Below, in pieces: positions 36,989 to 50,415 of a stretch of 64,000 nt of DNA. The DNA is from Marsupella aquatica (Eukaryota > Plantae > Marchantiophyta): NCBI GenBank assembly GCA_973895155.1, contig OZ316894.1:2558457-2622456 (forward strand). Direction: 5' to 3'. The position numbers and the translations under genes are program-made. Each line of letters starts with the position of its first letter. Within the stretch, counting starts at the first letter, position 1. The notes under the pieces are model-generated. The model did no database searches, was not told the origin of the DNA, and saw only the letters and a program-made list of their open reading frames with translations.

Positions 36989-37764
36989 AACTTGATTGGG
37001 ATCGCATTTCCAAAATATCTCCCTCTCCGATCAAGCGAAAGCTACTAATATTGGACCTGAACAAAGTATTGTGTGACACCACAATTCTTTGGCAGCAAGA
37101 CCATCCACCATTTGATGTCAAGGCTGGTGACCATGTGGATAGGCGAAAGGGTGGTACCTATGTTTATACAGAACGCCCCGGACTTCATGCATTTTTGGAG
37201 TTTGTTTTTGAAAAATATGATGTAGGCATTTGGACTTCTGCGAGCAAATCTCGTGCATCTCGGATGATGAAGATTTTGTTCACTACTCAAGAGAGGCGTC
37301 AATTGAGATTTATTTTTTGTCAAGAAGATACAACTGACGCATGCATCTTAAGACCAGATGGGAGATGTAATATTTTTATGAAGGATTTTCAGAAGGTGTG
37401 GAGAAAGTTTGGAAGTTTGTATGACGGTTCAAACACCATTCTCATTAATGACTCCCGATGGAAGGGATTTCTTAATCCCAGTTGGACTCAGTTAATCCCT
37501 AGTGCATTCACGCGAGAAGAAAAGTTTGACAATTTTCTCATGGTAGTTTTGGCACCATATCTTCACAAGTTGACACTGGCTTTCGACGTTCGACTTTTTT
37601 TGTTTGAGAATCTTCCAAAGTGGTCGTATTTTGAGACGGTCTGCGTTGTCCTTATTTTGCTCGGGAGAGGAGAGGCAGGCGCGGGGAGGGAGGCAAGGCA
37701 AGTCGTGACTAAACGGCTGCCAAACGGTCATGGGATAACGTTGGCTCCCTGGCCGGATGTGTGA
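36989..37764 (+). CDS. HAD-superfamily NIF/FCP1-type phosphatase domain
   Basis: KRKLLILDLNKVL, ERPGLHAFLEFVFEKYDVGIWTSA, KDFQKVW, NTILINDS; starts after the acceptor ttacag at 36988. Confidence 0.85.
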
Positions 37765-40700
37765 CGACCAGGGTTTCGGACGTCCGCACACTTTTGGTGG
37801 ACGACCATTTTGGGCCTTAACCAGGCAGCCCGTATGGGCACGCAGGCAAATAATTGAGACCCCTTAATGTAAAAAACAATATTCATGGCAGGAAAGAGAC
37901 AATTAGAATATTCATAAAAGTAATTGAAAGTGTTTCTGGTTTTGGAAATGATTCCAATATGTATGATATAGTGCCACTCACATTTTTAATTAATTTTACT
38001 TTTAATTTTAATAAATTAAATATATTGATGTAAAGTGTGTACTATTGGAGGGAAAAAAATGGACATTTGGGTCCAAAAAGTGTACATGTGAAGAGAATTG
38101 TATGGATATTTTGATCCAAAAAGTGTACTTTTGGGACTCAACTTTTGGATTTTCAATTGTTCACTTTTAATGAATAGTCTGATCTGGGTGCTGGGTTTGA
38201 AATTGACTTTGTGTTCAAAAATGTACACAAATGACTATAGGAGAAAGGTAACCGGGTTGCAACTACAATACATTACTTAAAATTGTCTGACACATCCGCT
38301 CTTTCAACTTAAGAAATCCATCGCCCTTTGAGAAATGTAAGCTAATTTCAAAATCCTTCATCCTCCGAGAAGTGTGCGCTGTTTCCAAAATGTTAGGCAG
38401 CAATCCGGAAGTATCAATATATTGTTCTGCTGTGTGAACTTTTGATGGACTTTCACATCAACCTCTGACTGACACCATGGCGTCTCATCAAAGAAACCCA
38501 TAGTACCTATGTGCATAATTAGGTCTGACGACTCACTTTCTCTATTTCTAATTTTCCATTGCCCTCAAGATCAAGGCAGTCCAATAGAAACAAAGCAATC
38601 TCACGAACATTCCAGATTGCATGCAGAAAGATTAAATAATAGAAATGACCAAATTGGCCACAATCAACCGAACAACAGTGAAAGTGGACAAATATGTTTT
38701 ACTAAGTGATAATAGTACACTTGGTAAGCATGGTTTGTCACGTTTTGTTTTCTATTGCAAATTTGATTTCTCCCCTTGTGTAATTCTAGTGGTTCAATTA
38801 TTTAGCTAGACATCATTTGACTGAGCAAATATTGTTGGGAAGTTGTAAAACCTAAACTTGAACACACTCCTCTCTACTACACATGACTTCTATGTCTATC
38901 ATTCCTACTTAGACCCTACATGCATCTCACAATGCCAAAATTCAAGCAGATTACCTTAAATTTGAACACAATGCCACATTTTGAACACAACGCCACATTT
39001 CTAACACAGGGCCCAAGTCCAAAAAATGAAAACATTGACTTCAGACTCAAACACAGCGCCCACCTTGGCTCACTATTTGAATATAGTGCCCGGGCCTTGT
39101 GTTCAGGGGAAGATGGTAGGCCAGTAGGGAGCCACCTTGGCTAATTTTGAAATACAGAAAACATGGCTGGTTGGGACCTTTCTATTTTATCTAGAGTAAT
39201 TTATATCTGTGCATGTATGGACAACAAAACTGAAACTCCCTAGACCATGTTTGACAAACTGCTCAGATGGACCATTGAAACTGGAAGGAGTGGTCTTGAA
39301 ATGGTATTTTCGCTCAGACAACTTGATTTTTTCTTTCTATCAATGCTCACTTCTTGGCATCAAGAAGTGCTCAGTTATTCCTTATCCTTAGATCAAAGTT
39401 GGTGGTCCAGCCAAGCATCAACTTGATAGAGGAACTCTTGTCACCACATACCAAATTATAATAGGACCTTAAGCGACTTGGGAATGATTCACAAGACAAA
39501 GTTGGAGTTGGAAGCTTGATAGTGTTTGTGGTGTAATATTTTAAGGAAAAAGTGAAAGCCTCCTCCCCACTAAGTTTAGGTATGTGAACTCAGTGTGCAA
39601 AAACTCTAGAACTCAACACTTCTAGATCAGGCATGAAGGAAGAAATATATGAAGGGCTTTAAAAGAAAGTTTGTGGAAAAAGAATTCCTTGTGAACCAGT
39701 CATAGATCAAGTTGCCGAGGTCCATAATCCAAGTTCTTGAGCTGTGCCATGTGGATTTAAACTAACAATCCACTTATTTCATGAACTCAGTTGCAAGGCG
39801 CATAATCTCAGTAAGACATTGATGTATCTACAGCAAAACCTTGTGACCATCACTAGATGTAATCCATTAGTACAGGTTTTTTTCCCATTTAGCTTGTAAA
39901 GCTTTTGACTTAGACACAAAAACATTTCAGTATCACTAGGTTTAAAGGAGAACTATTGCATTGGGCAACTAAACCTTTTAATTAGATAAGACTTGGCAAA
40001 TGAAAGGTGAAAATCTCAATATTTTTCTTCATATGAAGGAGCCACGGCATGTTCCAAGTACGGTTTAGGCAAGACTTTACCTAACAAATGGCTGGTGTGA
40101 ATACAACTTTTCAGGACCAATTTCCATGGACTGAAAACTTCTTTGATTCTTAGTCAGTCAAAGCAAGATTACTCATGAATCGAAATCAATACTGTATGGA
40201 TAACTTTGTGAACTGCTTCAACAATGGACTTTAGTGATCATATATTTGACAGACAGCGGCCTAACTACTGGTGTCAGCATTTGTGACACACCACTGGGTA
40301 TTCAGGCTGGTAGTTCTGCCATCTGTATAGGCTTCATTGCCGTGCCACAGGAACTGATCAGAAAGTTTCCAATGGCTGGCCAGAAGCTCTAGTTATGAAG
40401 ACAATTTGTACATGGATGCAACTGAATGTTTGAATGCTGTGTGGAAACACTAGGCTCATAGGAACAGTTTGGAGATGCATGCTAATGAATTTTTTTCAGT
40501 CTGCCTGGAAACTCTAGTCTTGAGTTTTTATTTTAAGCATTGTGCATAAATTTATCTTTGGCATTTCCTGGCAATACTCATAGTTAGTTACTACTTTCCT
40601 TGAAGGCTCATAGAATTTTGAGTCTCATTTGAGTGTCTTGTCTGGACAGCAAATTTTAACCATGTGAGGACGTTTCAGTGTTGAAATGTAGTGTTTCATA

Positions 40701-41245
40701 GACATTGAGCATTGAACCAAGAATACTTTTAAGGGGTGGGGTTATGTCTTTCCAAGCGTTACTAAAAGTTCTGTTGCAACCATTTTCTTCGTCAGATAGG
40801 AAACAGACATTACTATCCAAAATTCCTAGTCAAGAGGTCAAACTGCAAACTTGTCAGCAGAAATATCCACGTCCAAAGACTCTATGGAGATGAGTGAGCC
40901 AGTGGAAGAAAGTAAAATGTCTCCAAGGACTGTTATTCTTTCGAGTCTTTTTTAATTCGAGCGACCACCTTCGCTTCTCAGAAATGTGCAATGAGAAACA
41001 ATAACCGCGAATTGTCCCAAAATTGGCTCTCGAGTGTTTTATCTGTGTGTGTGTGTGTGTCTCTATATCTCGAGTAGCTGACAGAAGAGCCCTCCAGTTT
41101 ACTGTGAAGGGGGGCAGTTGATCAGCGACTTTCCCTTTTAAGACTAGCATCTATGACATAAAGGATTGAATGACTAAACTTGTAAAGCTTTTTCACTCCT
41201 TGCTTAGAATATCATTCTATATTACATCAACTTAGCTAAGAAAAA

Positions 41246-43374
41246 TCATAGCACCAGCTGAAAGCAATCACAAACAGAGCACTGCATGTACAAAGCACCA
41301 ATGCCAAAGCGCCGTTGTATAGAAAAAGTGCCTTGTCCACGACATCCGGAATCAATATGTTCCTGAAGAACTTCAGCGAGGCGTCTTTGTAAGAATTCTA
41401 ACCCAACCTGCAAGACCACACAATCATAGAATCCTGTGGTGAGGGGCTAGCCGAAGCTCCTGGAGGATGACAAGCCTGTTCCAACAATGTAACGTACCCA
41501 GATAGTTCTCCAATATACCGTGTTGCAGAACGTAAGAGACCCAATGTTCTCCCAGAAATTTTAAACCACAAGCTCTACTGAGGTCAGTCAAAATACCTGA
41601 TCATGCTGGGTGTCAAGCTGGAAACGCCCACATCCACAAAAAATGGAGCGCTGAGACTGTTGCAAGCGTCTTGTCCGACAGAGAGGACAAAGCAGTCCTC
41701 CCTCCTGCACCATCCATACACTTCCTACTTAGGTTTTGAAATCGCACATTAACTTCCGAAATCTATAATGGTCACAAACTAGGGTCATCAACGAGCAGTT
41801 AACAACTCGCACAAATATCACAGCTATTTGCACTGTTCTCAAAAATGAGCTACAATGATATCCATGAGCACTACTGCAATGGCATGCACCAAATGTTAGG
41901 AACTTTGAATCATCTTGTGTAGAAGACCTTTTCAATGCGGGGAATTAGGCAATTCAAGAAGATGAAGTGCTGATGGGGACCACAGAGCAGAATAGTTTTT
42001 GAAGTGTAGGAAGTTGCCCAGAATCACGATTCCATAAGCAGTCAAGTCCACCAGCAGAGAATGATTTCAAAGCACCTCATGTTCTTGCCAATGTTCGACA
42101 ACTGCAGCCAAGGACTCATCCTCAAGTGAATGCACGGTTTCATACTCCTCCACAAGAGCCGCATCTGCATGTCATCAGGCAGTTCAGTACAAGAGGTTCA
42201 GAGATAACTGCTTTGACCACTATCGTAGGTCAAATGACAGATCTATCTTCAACCTTTCCTGTGTTCATGCTCTTTAAGCCAAAATATGCACTGATCGCAC
42301 TTCCAAGCGTTAATGCCTTCATGCTCTTCATGCAAGATACTCGATAAGGAAACTAAATACCTCTGCCCTCAAGCTCCGCGTGCATATCTTCATAAAGTGC
42401 ATGCTCCATAGCAAGCATGAGTGCCTCGTACTCTTCATCCCCAAGTTCAGTTGGTGCATCTGGAGTCTCATGCTCCCAGATCATGTCATGACTGTCCTTT
42501 TCCTCCATGTCCTGAACTTGTCCATCCTTTAAGTCTGGCTCCTGGATAACTCCAATTTGATACTTTACTTTTTGCAGCTCATCGGCAACAATGTGTCCAA
42601 ACGCTGATCCCACAGAATCCTGCATCAAGCCAACAAAGTTCTGACTACACTTTGCAGCCGTAGAGGAAACTGATCTTCGACCTTCCGTAGGTTTCTTGTC
42701 CCTTACACTAGACACTAGCACTTTAAACATGAAGAGGATCCCATACACTAGCAAGACTTAGCGCTGCCGTCCAGAATATTAAGTAATTTTCTGTGGAGGC
42801 AGATCCTTCGTGTGTAATTCTATGAAGTAGAGAACTCACATTGGTGGGACTGGTTGCTGACGCCGGTTTATTGGTTAAGCGAATGTCCCAAAGTAGCTTG
42901 CTCCTCTCCTTTCTCACTCTCTGCAAGCAGATCTCCTTCAACTGCAGCCAAGTACAGTCGGAACGTCAACTCATTGGTTCAAAATGCTAGCTTACTGCTT
43001 ATCAAAGAATCGACCTAGTCACACCAAGGTCACTATACCTTCATGGCGTAGCGAGACAGATAGTTTCGATGAAACAGATCGCCAACTTTCCCACAACACC
43101 ACCGCTAATAAAAGAATTACAGGTTCTTGATCTAGCAGAGTTGTGACCTAGATACTATCTGATAGAGCTTTGCAGAAGTTCATCTTATTACAACCATGAC
43201 ACAACCACGTAACAGATCATTTATTCTTACAATCCTGTCATAGAAGAATACGGTCAAGCAGAGCAAATCTCCAGGAATGTTATAGGAAAGAGATCGAGAG
43301 AGAACTAGAACCTTGTCTTTCCATTGAGGTTTCCATGCCTTGACATTACTGCGCTTGTGGACCTCATCGTCCAT
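41246..43374 (-). CDS. RPAIN: RPA-interacting protein (RIP/RPAIN), 6 exons
   Basis: GT-AG exons 43374-43312, 42941-42840, 42619-42361, 42164-42076, 41704-41597, 41407-41246; WKDKLKEICLQRVRKERSKLLW, EEYEALMLAMEHALYED, CPLC..C.C, EH...C...C..CDCFQLVL. Confidence 0.9.
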
Positions 43375-46300
43375 GATACTCATTGTATTAAAGCATGCAC
43401 GAGTGTACCATGCGAGCCCATCCTTTCAGCAGCAGGCCAGGGATCTGGTGAATGGACCACAATGAAGAAACCATACGAGTCACAATGTGCAGAGAAACGT
43501 CCAAAGTTCAGATGACATTGGAGGGGACCTTGCGAAGATGAAGAGCAGTCGAACTGAATGTGCTTCCTCGCAGTATCGTTCATACAGTACACCAACTAAC
43601 AATTTTCAAAGTGGAAAGCATCGAGATGACTCCATCCAGCTCCAGCTGTTGTAGTTCTTAGACACTAATGAATACATCTCGCCTTCAAACTAGCTGGTGT
43701 AATCGTCCGCGTTAGGCAGCTTCGGAAAGAAATATGGGAACCAAGACGAGATGCAAGATTTGGAACTTAAGAACACCAGTATGAAGCAGTGGAATGAGTC
43801 TCTGGGTCGAGGTCCTTCGACCGTCCAAACTGAAGCTCCAAACCTCAGAAGAAATCTAATCGATGACAGCATGCTAAATACTACGCACGGCCACGGCCAC
43901 CCATGATCCCATCGAAATGTGGACCCCAAAAGCGAATCGTCACGTTAGAACAGGTCTGACTTTCACTCTCAGGCCTACAGTTGTCTGCTTATCAAGGGCG
44001 ACGGCAAGGTCGGCTTCAGCCCTGAGAGTTGAACTGATCGAGAGAGAGAGAGACGCAGGATCTAACAAGTTTTGTGGACCCTCACAACCATAACGAGTGA
44101 TCTACCAGACTTTTCAAGAGATGGTTCAACCACGTCAAGATCGACAATTTAGAAGAACCCAAAGGTCCAGGTTTTGAGCCGGGTCGTGCTCTTCCCAGGA
44201 AAAGAGTTTCAAGCCTCTGGTGAGCTTCACTATAACAGGAAAAGCTCAGACTTCCTTCCCTCTAGGAAATCATTCGTAAGCAAAAGAAGAATCCTTAGCA
44301 CCTTTGAGGAGTTCTGTCTACGAGCCAGCTTAGTTGACATCTCTGTTCCTCTCCTGCCACAAAATTCCACTCTGGTCTAGTCTGTCTCTCGCTTGGTGTC
44401 TTGGTTTCCACTTACACAGAGGGACCGGCGCAAGATTCTCTTGTGGAGAATCATGATCAGACAATGTGAACATTTGAACTGTACATGAAATTGCTTCAGG
44501 TCAAAACGAAGGGCCTACGGGAACAATCGCCTCCTCCGAATTCCATAATACCCATTTCAGTAGCTCGACGCCCAATTCCCCACTCAAATTTCCGACCCCT
44601 CCGGCAGAGCTGAATCCTTCCGGCCCTTCCCTCCCCCCCTCCCTCCCTCCTTCCTTCCTAGACTCCTTCCCTCGTAGGTAAGGCAAAACTCTCACCCAGT
44701 CTAATAAGCAGAGCAGATAGCAGAAGCGTGTGGGTGTGGGTGTGGGTTCGGAAATTCACCTGGGGCCTCCTACTCTTCCATCCAGAGATGATTAGCTCCT
44801 TTCGTGCAATTCAGATGAAGTAGAGACGACAAGACGAGGACAATTCACAGGACGGATGCAATTCTTCATCAACAGAAGCCCATTGAAAAGCACGACAAAT
44901 GCACCGGAGCTGCGAGATCGACTGTCAGTCAGAATAGCCTGGTGAGCAGGGCCGGCTCCTTAAATTGCCAGCTTTGACAAGAGCAGTGCGCATCATCACC
45001 GAGCCGGGAGGGCGGAGGAGCCATTGCAGTTGGTGAGCGCGAGGGCGCAATCGATCCCGAGAAGAGAAGAGAAGCAAGAGCATAAAACGAGAGAGAAACC
45101 AGAGAGAGGGGCATCAAAGACGAGAGAGGGGTGAGCTCGAGAGACGTAGGGAGGGAGCTGCAAAGAGGGCAAGAAAACTAAAATTGCCAAGAATGAATTG
45201 TACCGGGAATGAAAACAGGATCATTCGGTTACTCGCTTGTAGTCGTAGGAAGACCAGGAGCATCATTCGCCGCATCATTCGCCGCATTTAGTATGCACGC
45301 TTGGTCGCGCCCTCTGAGAATCCCCCGAATATTCTCAATTGTTCCATCCTCTCCAGTGCAATTCTACCTGCAATCCCCAACTTCCGTGTTCTTTCTTGAC
45401 TCAATAAAGAATTACTTAACGAGCTATAAAGCAATCCCCAATGCTTCTTGCAAAGTGCCAACCCACTCAGGCCACAAATGGCTCCCTTGCTGCTCCCCTT
45501 TGCGGCAACAATTCGTACTCCCTTCCGACTTATGACGAGTCTGCCATGCATCCAAACATATCCCCCTGGTCAGTCAGTCAGACCACCAAGGTCAGCTACT
45601 TATTAGCCCTTACCTATCTCTGCTTACTATATGATTTCTTCTTTCCCCATGCAGAGTTCACAATCTCTTATTCTCACGGGACTTCTCTTTCGGTGTTTCC
45701 ACTGTGCTTTTCAGCTACGTGTCCGCAGGATTGTCCACTTTACAGGCATATCGATTTTCTTTCTCATTGTTCATATCAAGTGTGCGGCATGCCCCTTGCT
45801 TCCTGTGTGCTGTACCCAGCGGTTCCTGAGAAGGAAAGGCAGAAACGAAAGTATTTCAGACCGTGAGATCGCTTTTCTGTTCGGCTCTGATCCCATTGTC
45901 CGATTGGGTCCGTGTGGATATTCACTTAATTCGTTCAGTCCTTCTGTCATTCGATCGATCTCTCATTATAAAATCCAAGTTCTATCTCGTACATTCGTGC
46001 TTTCCGACCTCGGAAGAGCTGCTTGGTCTCGCTGAGTTCCCTCCATCCCCAATCTCAAATCTCAGTTGCTGAAGGTCTCTGGTATTCACTAAGTTTGATT
46101 CATCATTCTCTCTTGTTCACTGATAGAAAACTCCAATTTATCTTGTATGGGAATACTGTCCAACGTAGGAACTTCCCTGGATCCCCACTTCAAATCTCAG
46201 TTCCTGAAATGCTCAGAAAAGCAACTTGCCACTTGATTTTAGGTTAAATTAGTCACATTCACACTTTCACTTCAAATTTTGTTTCTTTCTTTCCTCGGAC

Positions 46301-49300
46301 AAGATGCTGCACCCCTAAACCCTACATAAAACCTAGTTCTGGTCCAATCATTCCATCCCAGTAAGAAGAGTTGGTTTCCCGCTTGAAGCTCCTTCCCATT
46401 CAACTTCTAAAGACTTATTGCATGATGTATGCAAAAGGAGTTTGGATTCTCGTCCCTCTCAAATGTAGGGTACTCATGAATTCAGGTATATTGTTTCTAC
46501 TCCGACTTCGTTCATGAATTTGCATCTGCACTACCTCACTTTGGACCTCCAGCTTCCCGTGGTCTGAATAGCTCCCGTCGGCAGGGAACTGTCATGTTCG
46601 CACTCCAATACTTCTATTTCCGTGACTCCTGTTCTTCGTGAGGTAGATTTCCTTCATTCTCTAATACTTCTATGTCTTTCCGTGACTTCTCGTCTTTGTG
46701 AGGTAGGTTTTTCTCGATGGCTTGATTAGGTCCGCATTCACATGTAAATTCTCAGCAATGTTTTCTAGATTGCCCAACTGAACGCTCCCATCTTTCCTTC
46801 ATTGTCCATTACATCTCTCTCTTTTTCACGAGATACATTTGCACTCCATAGTTTGATTTTGGTCCCCCACGTACAATCTCAGCATTGTTATCTCTCTCTA
46901 TCTGCCCTTCCCTCCCTCTTCTTCACGACCTTCTACTCCATGGTTCGATTGGTCCTCATTCATAATTAAATTCTCAGCATTGTGTGCTCTCTCTCTCTCG
47001 CTCTCTCTTCACAACCTTCTGCTACATTGCCAACACCAAGCCAATTGCTGTATCCCTTAATTTCTAGGCTTCTAAACCTTGTCAATCAGCAACCGCGCAC
47101 ACGCAACAAGAAAAACCAAATCGCTTGAAGGTATATAATTGTTTCCTTTTCGTTCGATACTTTATTCGGCCCTTCGTACCTGACCGCATAAATGGTGAGA
47201 TTTCTCAGCCACTTCTCGATCATTCTGTCCCGATGCTGATCTGGCCGATGAGGATTTAGCTGCTTGTCCGCCCAAAAGGAGAGAGAGAGTGGAGAGAGAG
47301 AGAATCAAGTACCTCTCTTTCGGTAGAATAGTCGTTACGCCATCGCTTTCGTGCTTCAGGCTTCTTGCCTTGAGATTGTGTGTTGAAAATCGTCATCCGT
47401 TACGTTCATGTGACTCGATTTGATTAAAGAGATAGAATGATGGGCTACAATAAAATTGACGTGCCATGAAAACGTGGCTAGTTGTGCCATTTTTTATGAA
47501 TATGTTGGTATTATTGAAAGCAATGCTAAAAAGGTTTTGGTAGAACTTTTAGTCACCTAGTGAACATTCGTCACTACTGTTGAGATTTTGCTTATCTTTT
47601 GAAAATATCCATTAGTCTGCCTCGAAACCTGGATGTATTCTTTTGGTGCACTTTTTAAAGGTCTATAATGCCTCACAGGTCATTGTTGAAAACGGGGCTA
47701 TTTGCCAATTTTTTTATTTTGCACCCTGTCATGTCTACTAGGTCATTATGGTGCACGAGCCCTATGCCAGTGCGTTGCACTGTGCAAGGAGGACCGGTCC
47801 CATAGGGAGAAAGTGCATGGAATGTAAACGTGGGTCGCGAAGCCCTGTGCGGAGGTCCTTGCTGCGGGTGGGGATGGAGGGGCATAATGAGTGCACGGGG
47901 GTGCACGGAAGGGAGCATAATCTGATGCATGTCTCGTTTCACGATTGGATGGATACAAAAAAAGAGATGCTTTAATCTGACGGTTCAGTTTCATTCCCGC
48001 TGATATTCAAATTCGTAACGGGACGACGGACGAAAGTGGCCAAATGGGTGGGATTGCCTATTATAGTGTTAGATGTCGAATCTAGTTAACCTTAAACATC
48101 TCAGCATAAGGGGTACTTTACTTAGTGGGGAAGGTAGCAATTTGAGAGAGTTTTGTTGTTCCATTAAATCTTGTCAGTCCATTACCAACATGGAAGCATC
48201 TCTCTACACAAAAAATGAGGGAGACACTTCAGGCTTGTGAGTCCCAATCCTACCTGGGATTGAGTAGGACCCAGCTTTAAGCTGGAGGATTAGATTTGCA
48301 GCCTCTAGAGGAGGGCCAAAGTTCTGTCCAATTGACCATGTAAGCATGCTGCTCAAATCAGCCCCATACAAATTCAGACTGGTTTTAGTCCCCCCAAAAT
48401 GGGCACTGGGTTAGGTTTGGAGACTTTGGCTCCAACTGCCTCCGTGTTATGTAAAGTGCCTCTAACTTGAGGGAGGAAATTGGCATGAGCTGTTATGTGA
48501 GCTTTTCACCTGTCCCAGAGTGTCCTGTAAAACTCCGTAGGAGAAAGCATTTTGTATGTTCTAATTTTCAGATTTGCATATTGCTTTGAAAACAATCTTT
48601 CCTATGTCTGTGGTCCCCTACAAATGTTCATCGTCTATAAGTTTGAAGTTGGATTTGGTATAACCAACTTCTTTGTTTTTGCTCCCCTTTCCTGATTCCT
48701 TTCTTCTTATGTAGCTTAGGGCAAATTTTGAGGAGATGTTTGTCATAGTTTTGCTTGACATGCCCCCTTTTTTGTCTTTTGCTCTCCATCCACCATTTAC
48801 TCTTTGAGTGGGTCCCTCCAGCTTTTATAAAATGGAAGGCTTTGTCGCTCTTGAGGTTCAAATTGCATGCAGGTTTTTTAATTCTTTAAAGCATAACATT
48901 ATTCCCCTTTATTAATTTGATCTCAAAAGGAATTGAAAAATAGCATTCACAAATAGAAAACAGCTACCTAACCAAAGCCTCTTTGAAAGGAAATATAAGT
49001 AAACTAAGGTCTAGTACAGGTCTCTAAGTCCAATATGGATTGAGTTTCAATTTGTGTGACTAGCTTTAATCTCATTAAACCCGCACTAGCCATGACAAAA
49101 CCTGAATCCACCAAGTTTCACCTTAATAGTACCCTTTCCAGAAATTGTCGAGCAAAATGGCACGGGAGAGGATATTTAAAGAATAAGGAGGCTTTTGTTT
49201 GGGCATTGAATATCTACTGTCCCAGGCTTGAGACCCAACAAAGCATTCAATCCTCATAGCTTATTTGCAATACAGAATGGGCATTGGTGAACATTTGACA

Positions 49301-50280
49301 TGTAGGTTTGTTTCTAACCCAACTCCTTCAGTTGAATGAGAACAAAGGCTGCTAAATGAACATTACTCCAGGAATCCACTGAATTCTTTCTATTGTAAGC
49401 CAAATGCATGTTTACATGTCATCTCATCTCTGGAACAAACGTGTTAAACAGGTCTTGAGACTAACCTTCAATTTGTCAGTTGAGGTGGATATGCTCATCC
49501 AAGTTTCCATTTTTGGTTGGCAGGCTATCAAATTTGCCATTTGTTTTTCAACGTTCAGATCAGTCTTTCTTACTCACCCAGAACGCAAAGATAACCTCAT
49601 GGTTCGAGAATTGGACAGCATTTTTGGAGCTGTATTGAGTTCTGCGTTTTGTGCTTCACGTACCTTTCAGCACTTGATCTCTCATTGTGTTGGATCATTG
49701 TTGGCAAGTACTTGTTGGCTCAAAACTCTTTTTTCTTATACCACTTCTGAATATCATGCTGCACCATATAGAACTCTATGGACGTAATGCTCTAGCATTG
49801 AACCTGATCACGCTATCTACATTCAAAGATAATTTGTCTCGTGTGTGGAATTTTCGCATCTATCAATCCCTTGCTATGGCTTTTACGGGGAATCTCGATG
49901 ACAGCAGTAGCAGGGGTTCAACTTGTAGGATTTCTAAAGTAGAATATGGTGAGCGATGAGCTCGGTGCCCGATCGGGGGTGGGTACCCTGGATCAGGCCT
50001 GTTGAGCATAATCTCACTCACTTGGATTGTGATTTGGAACAGGACAATGCCGCATGGCTTAAAGGGTGTTGCTCGCTAGCTGGCGGGCAGTTTCTTTGGA
50101 GAAGATGCAAGGTCGGATGGGTTTTGGCTTTTGTCAGATATTTGTCGACATCTCATGTAAGGGACAGCCTATGTAGCATAGTCGTGAACGCAGTCCTTAT
50201 TTGCTTCAACCAAATTTGGGTATGATTGAACAAAGTGCGAGCTTGAATACTGTATGTTGTGTTTCACGTTTACCACTTGA

Positions 50281-50403
50281 AAAACAACTGATTAGGATTG
50301 CTGCTGAGAAAGCAAAACAATAAGTCCGTGTTGGCCTAAGAGAATCTCATTGGCAAAGCTCATGATAGCAACCCAGATGACAGGGGCAACATCTACTACT
50401 CCG
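50281..50403 (-). repeat. Tandem duplicate of the CCB3 3' coding end
   Basis: Encodes VDVAPVIWVAIMSFANEILLGQHGLIVLLSQQQS* versus the gene's ..LGKQGLLVLLSQQQS*. Confidence 0.9.
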
Positions 50404-50415
50404 AGAAACAACTGA

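Larger units (their letters stand above)
17851..38200. mobile_element. Candidate ~20-kb composite DNA transposon bounded by imperfect inverted repeats
   Basis: 17851-17892 is an inverted match to 38158-38200 (exact core gactattcattaaaagtg); (G/T)GGACATTTGG and AAAGTGTAC short repeats lie just inside both ends; contains a transposase and cargo-like genes. Confidence 0.5.

Noticed and set aside
31946-37764. Bacterial contamination as the source of the ParB/MTase sequence
   Set aside because: It has a GT-AG intron, methylation-type stop codons and is embedded among plant TEs and genes.
44400-47400. Possible miRNA/ncRNA locus or uORFs upstream of RPAIN
   Set aside because: No exact match to conserved plant miRNAs I know and no convincing hairpin by eye.
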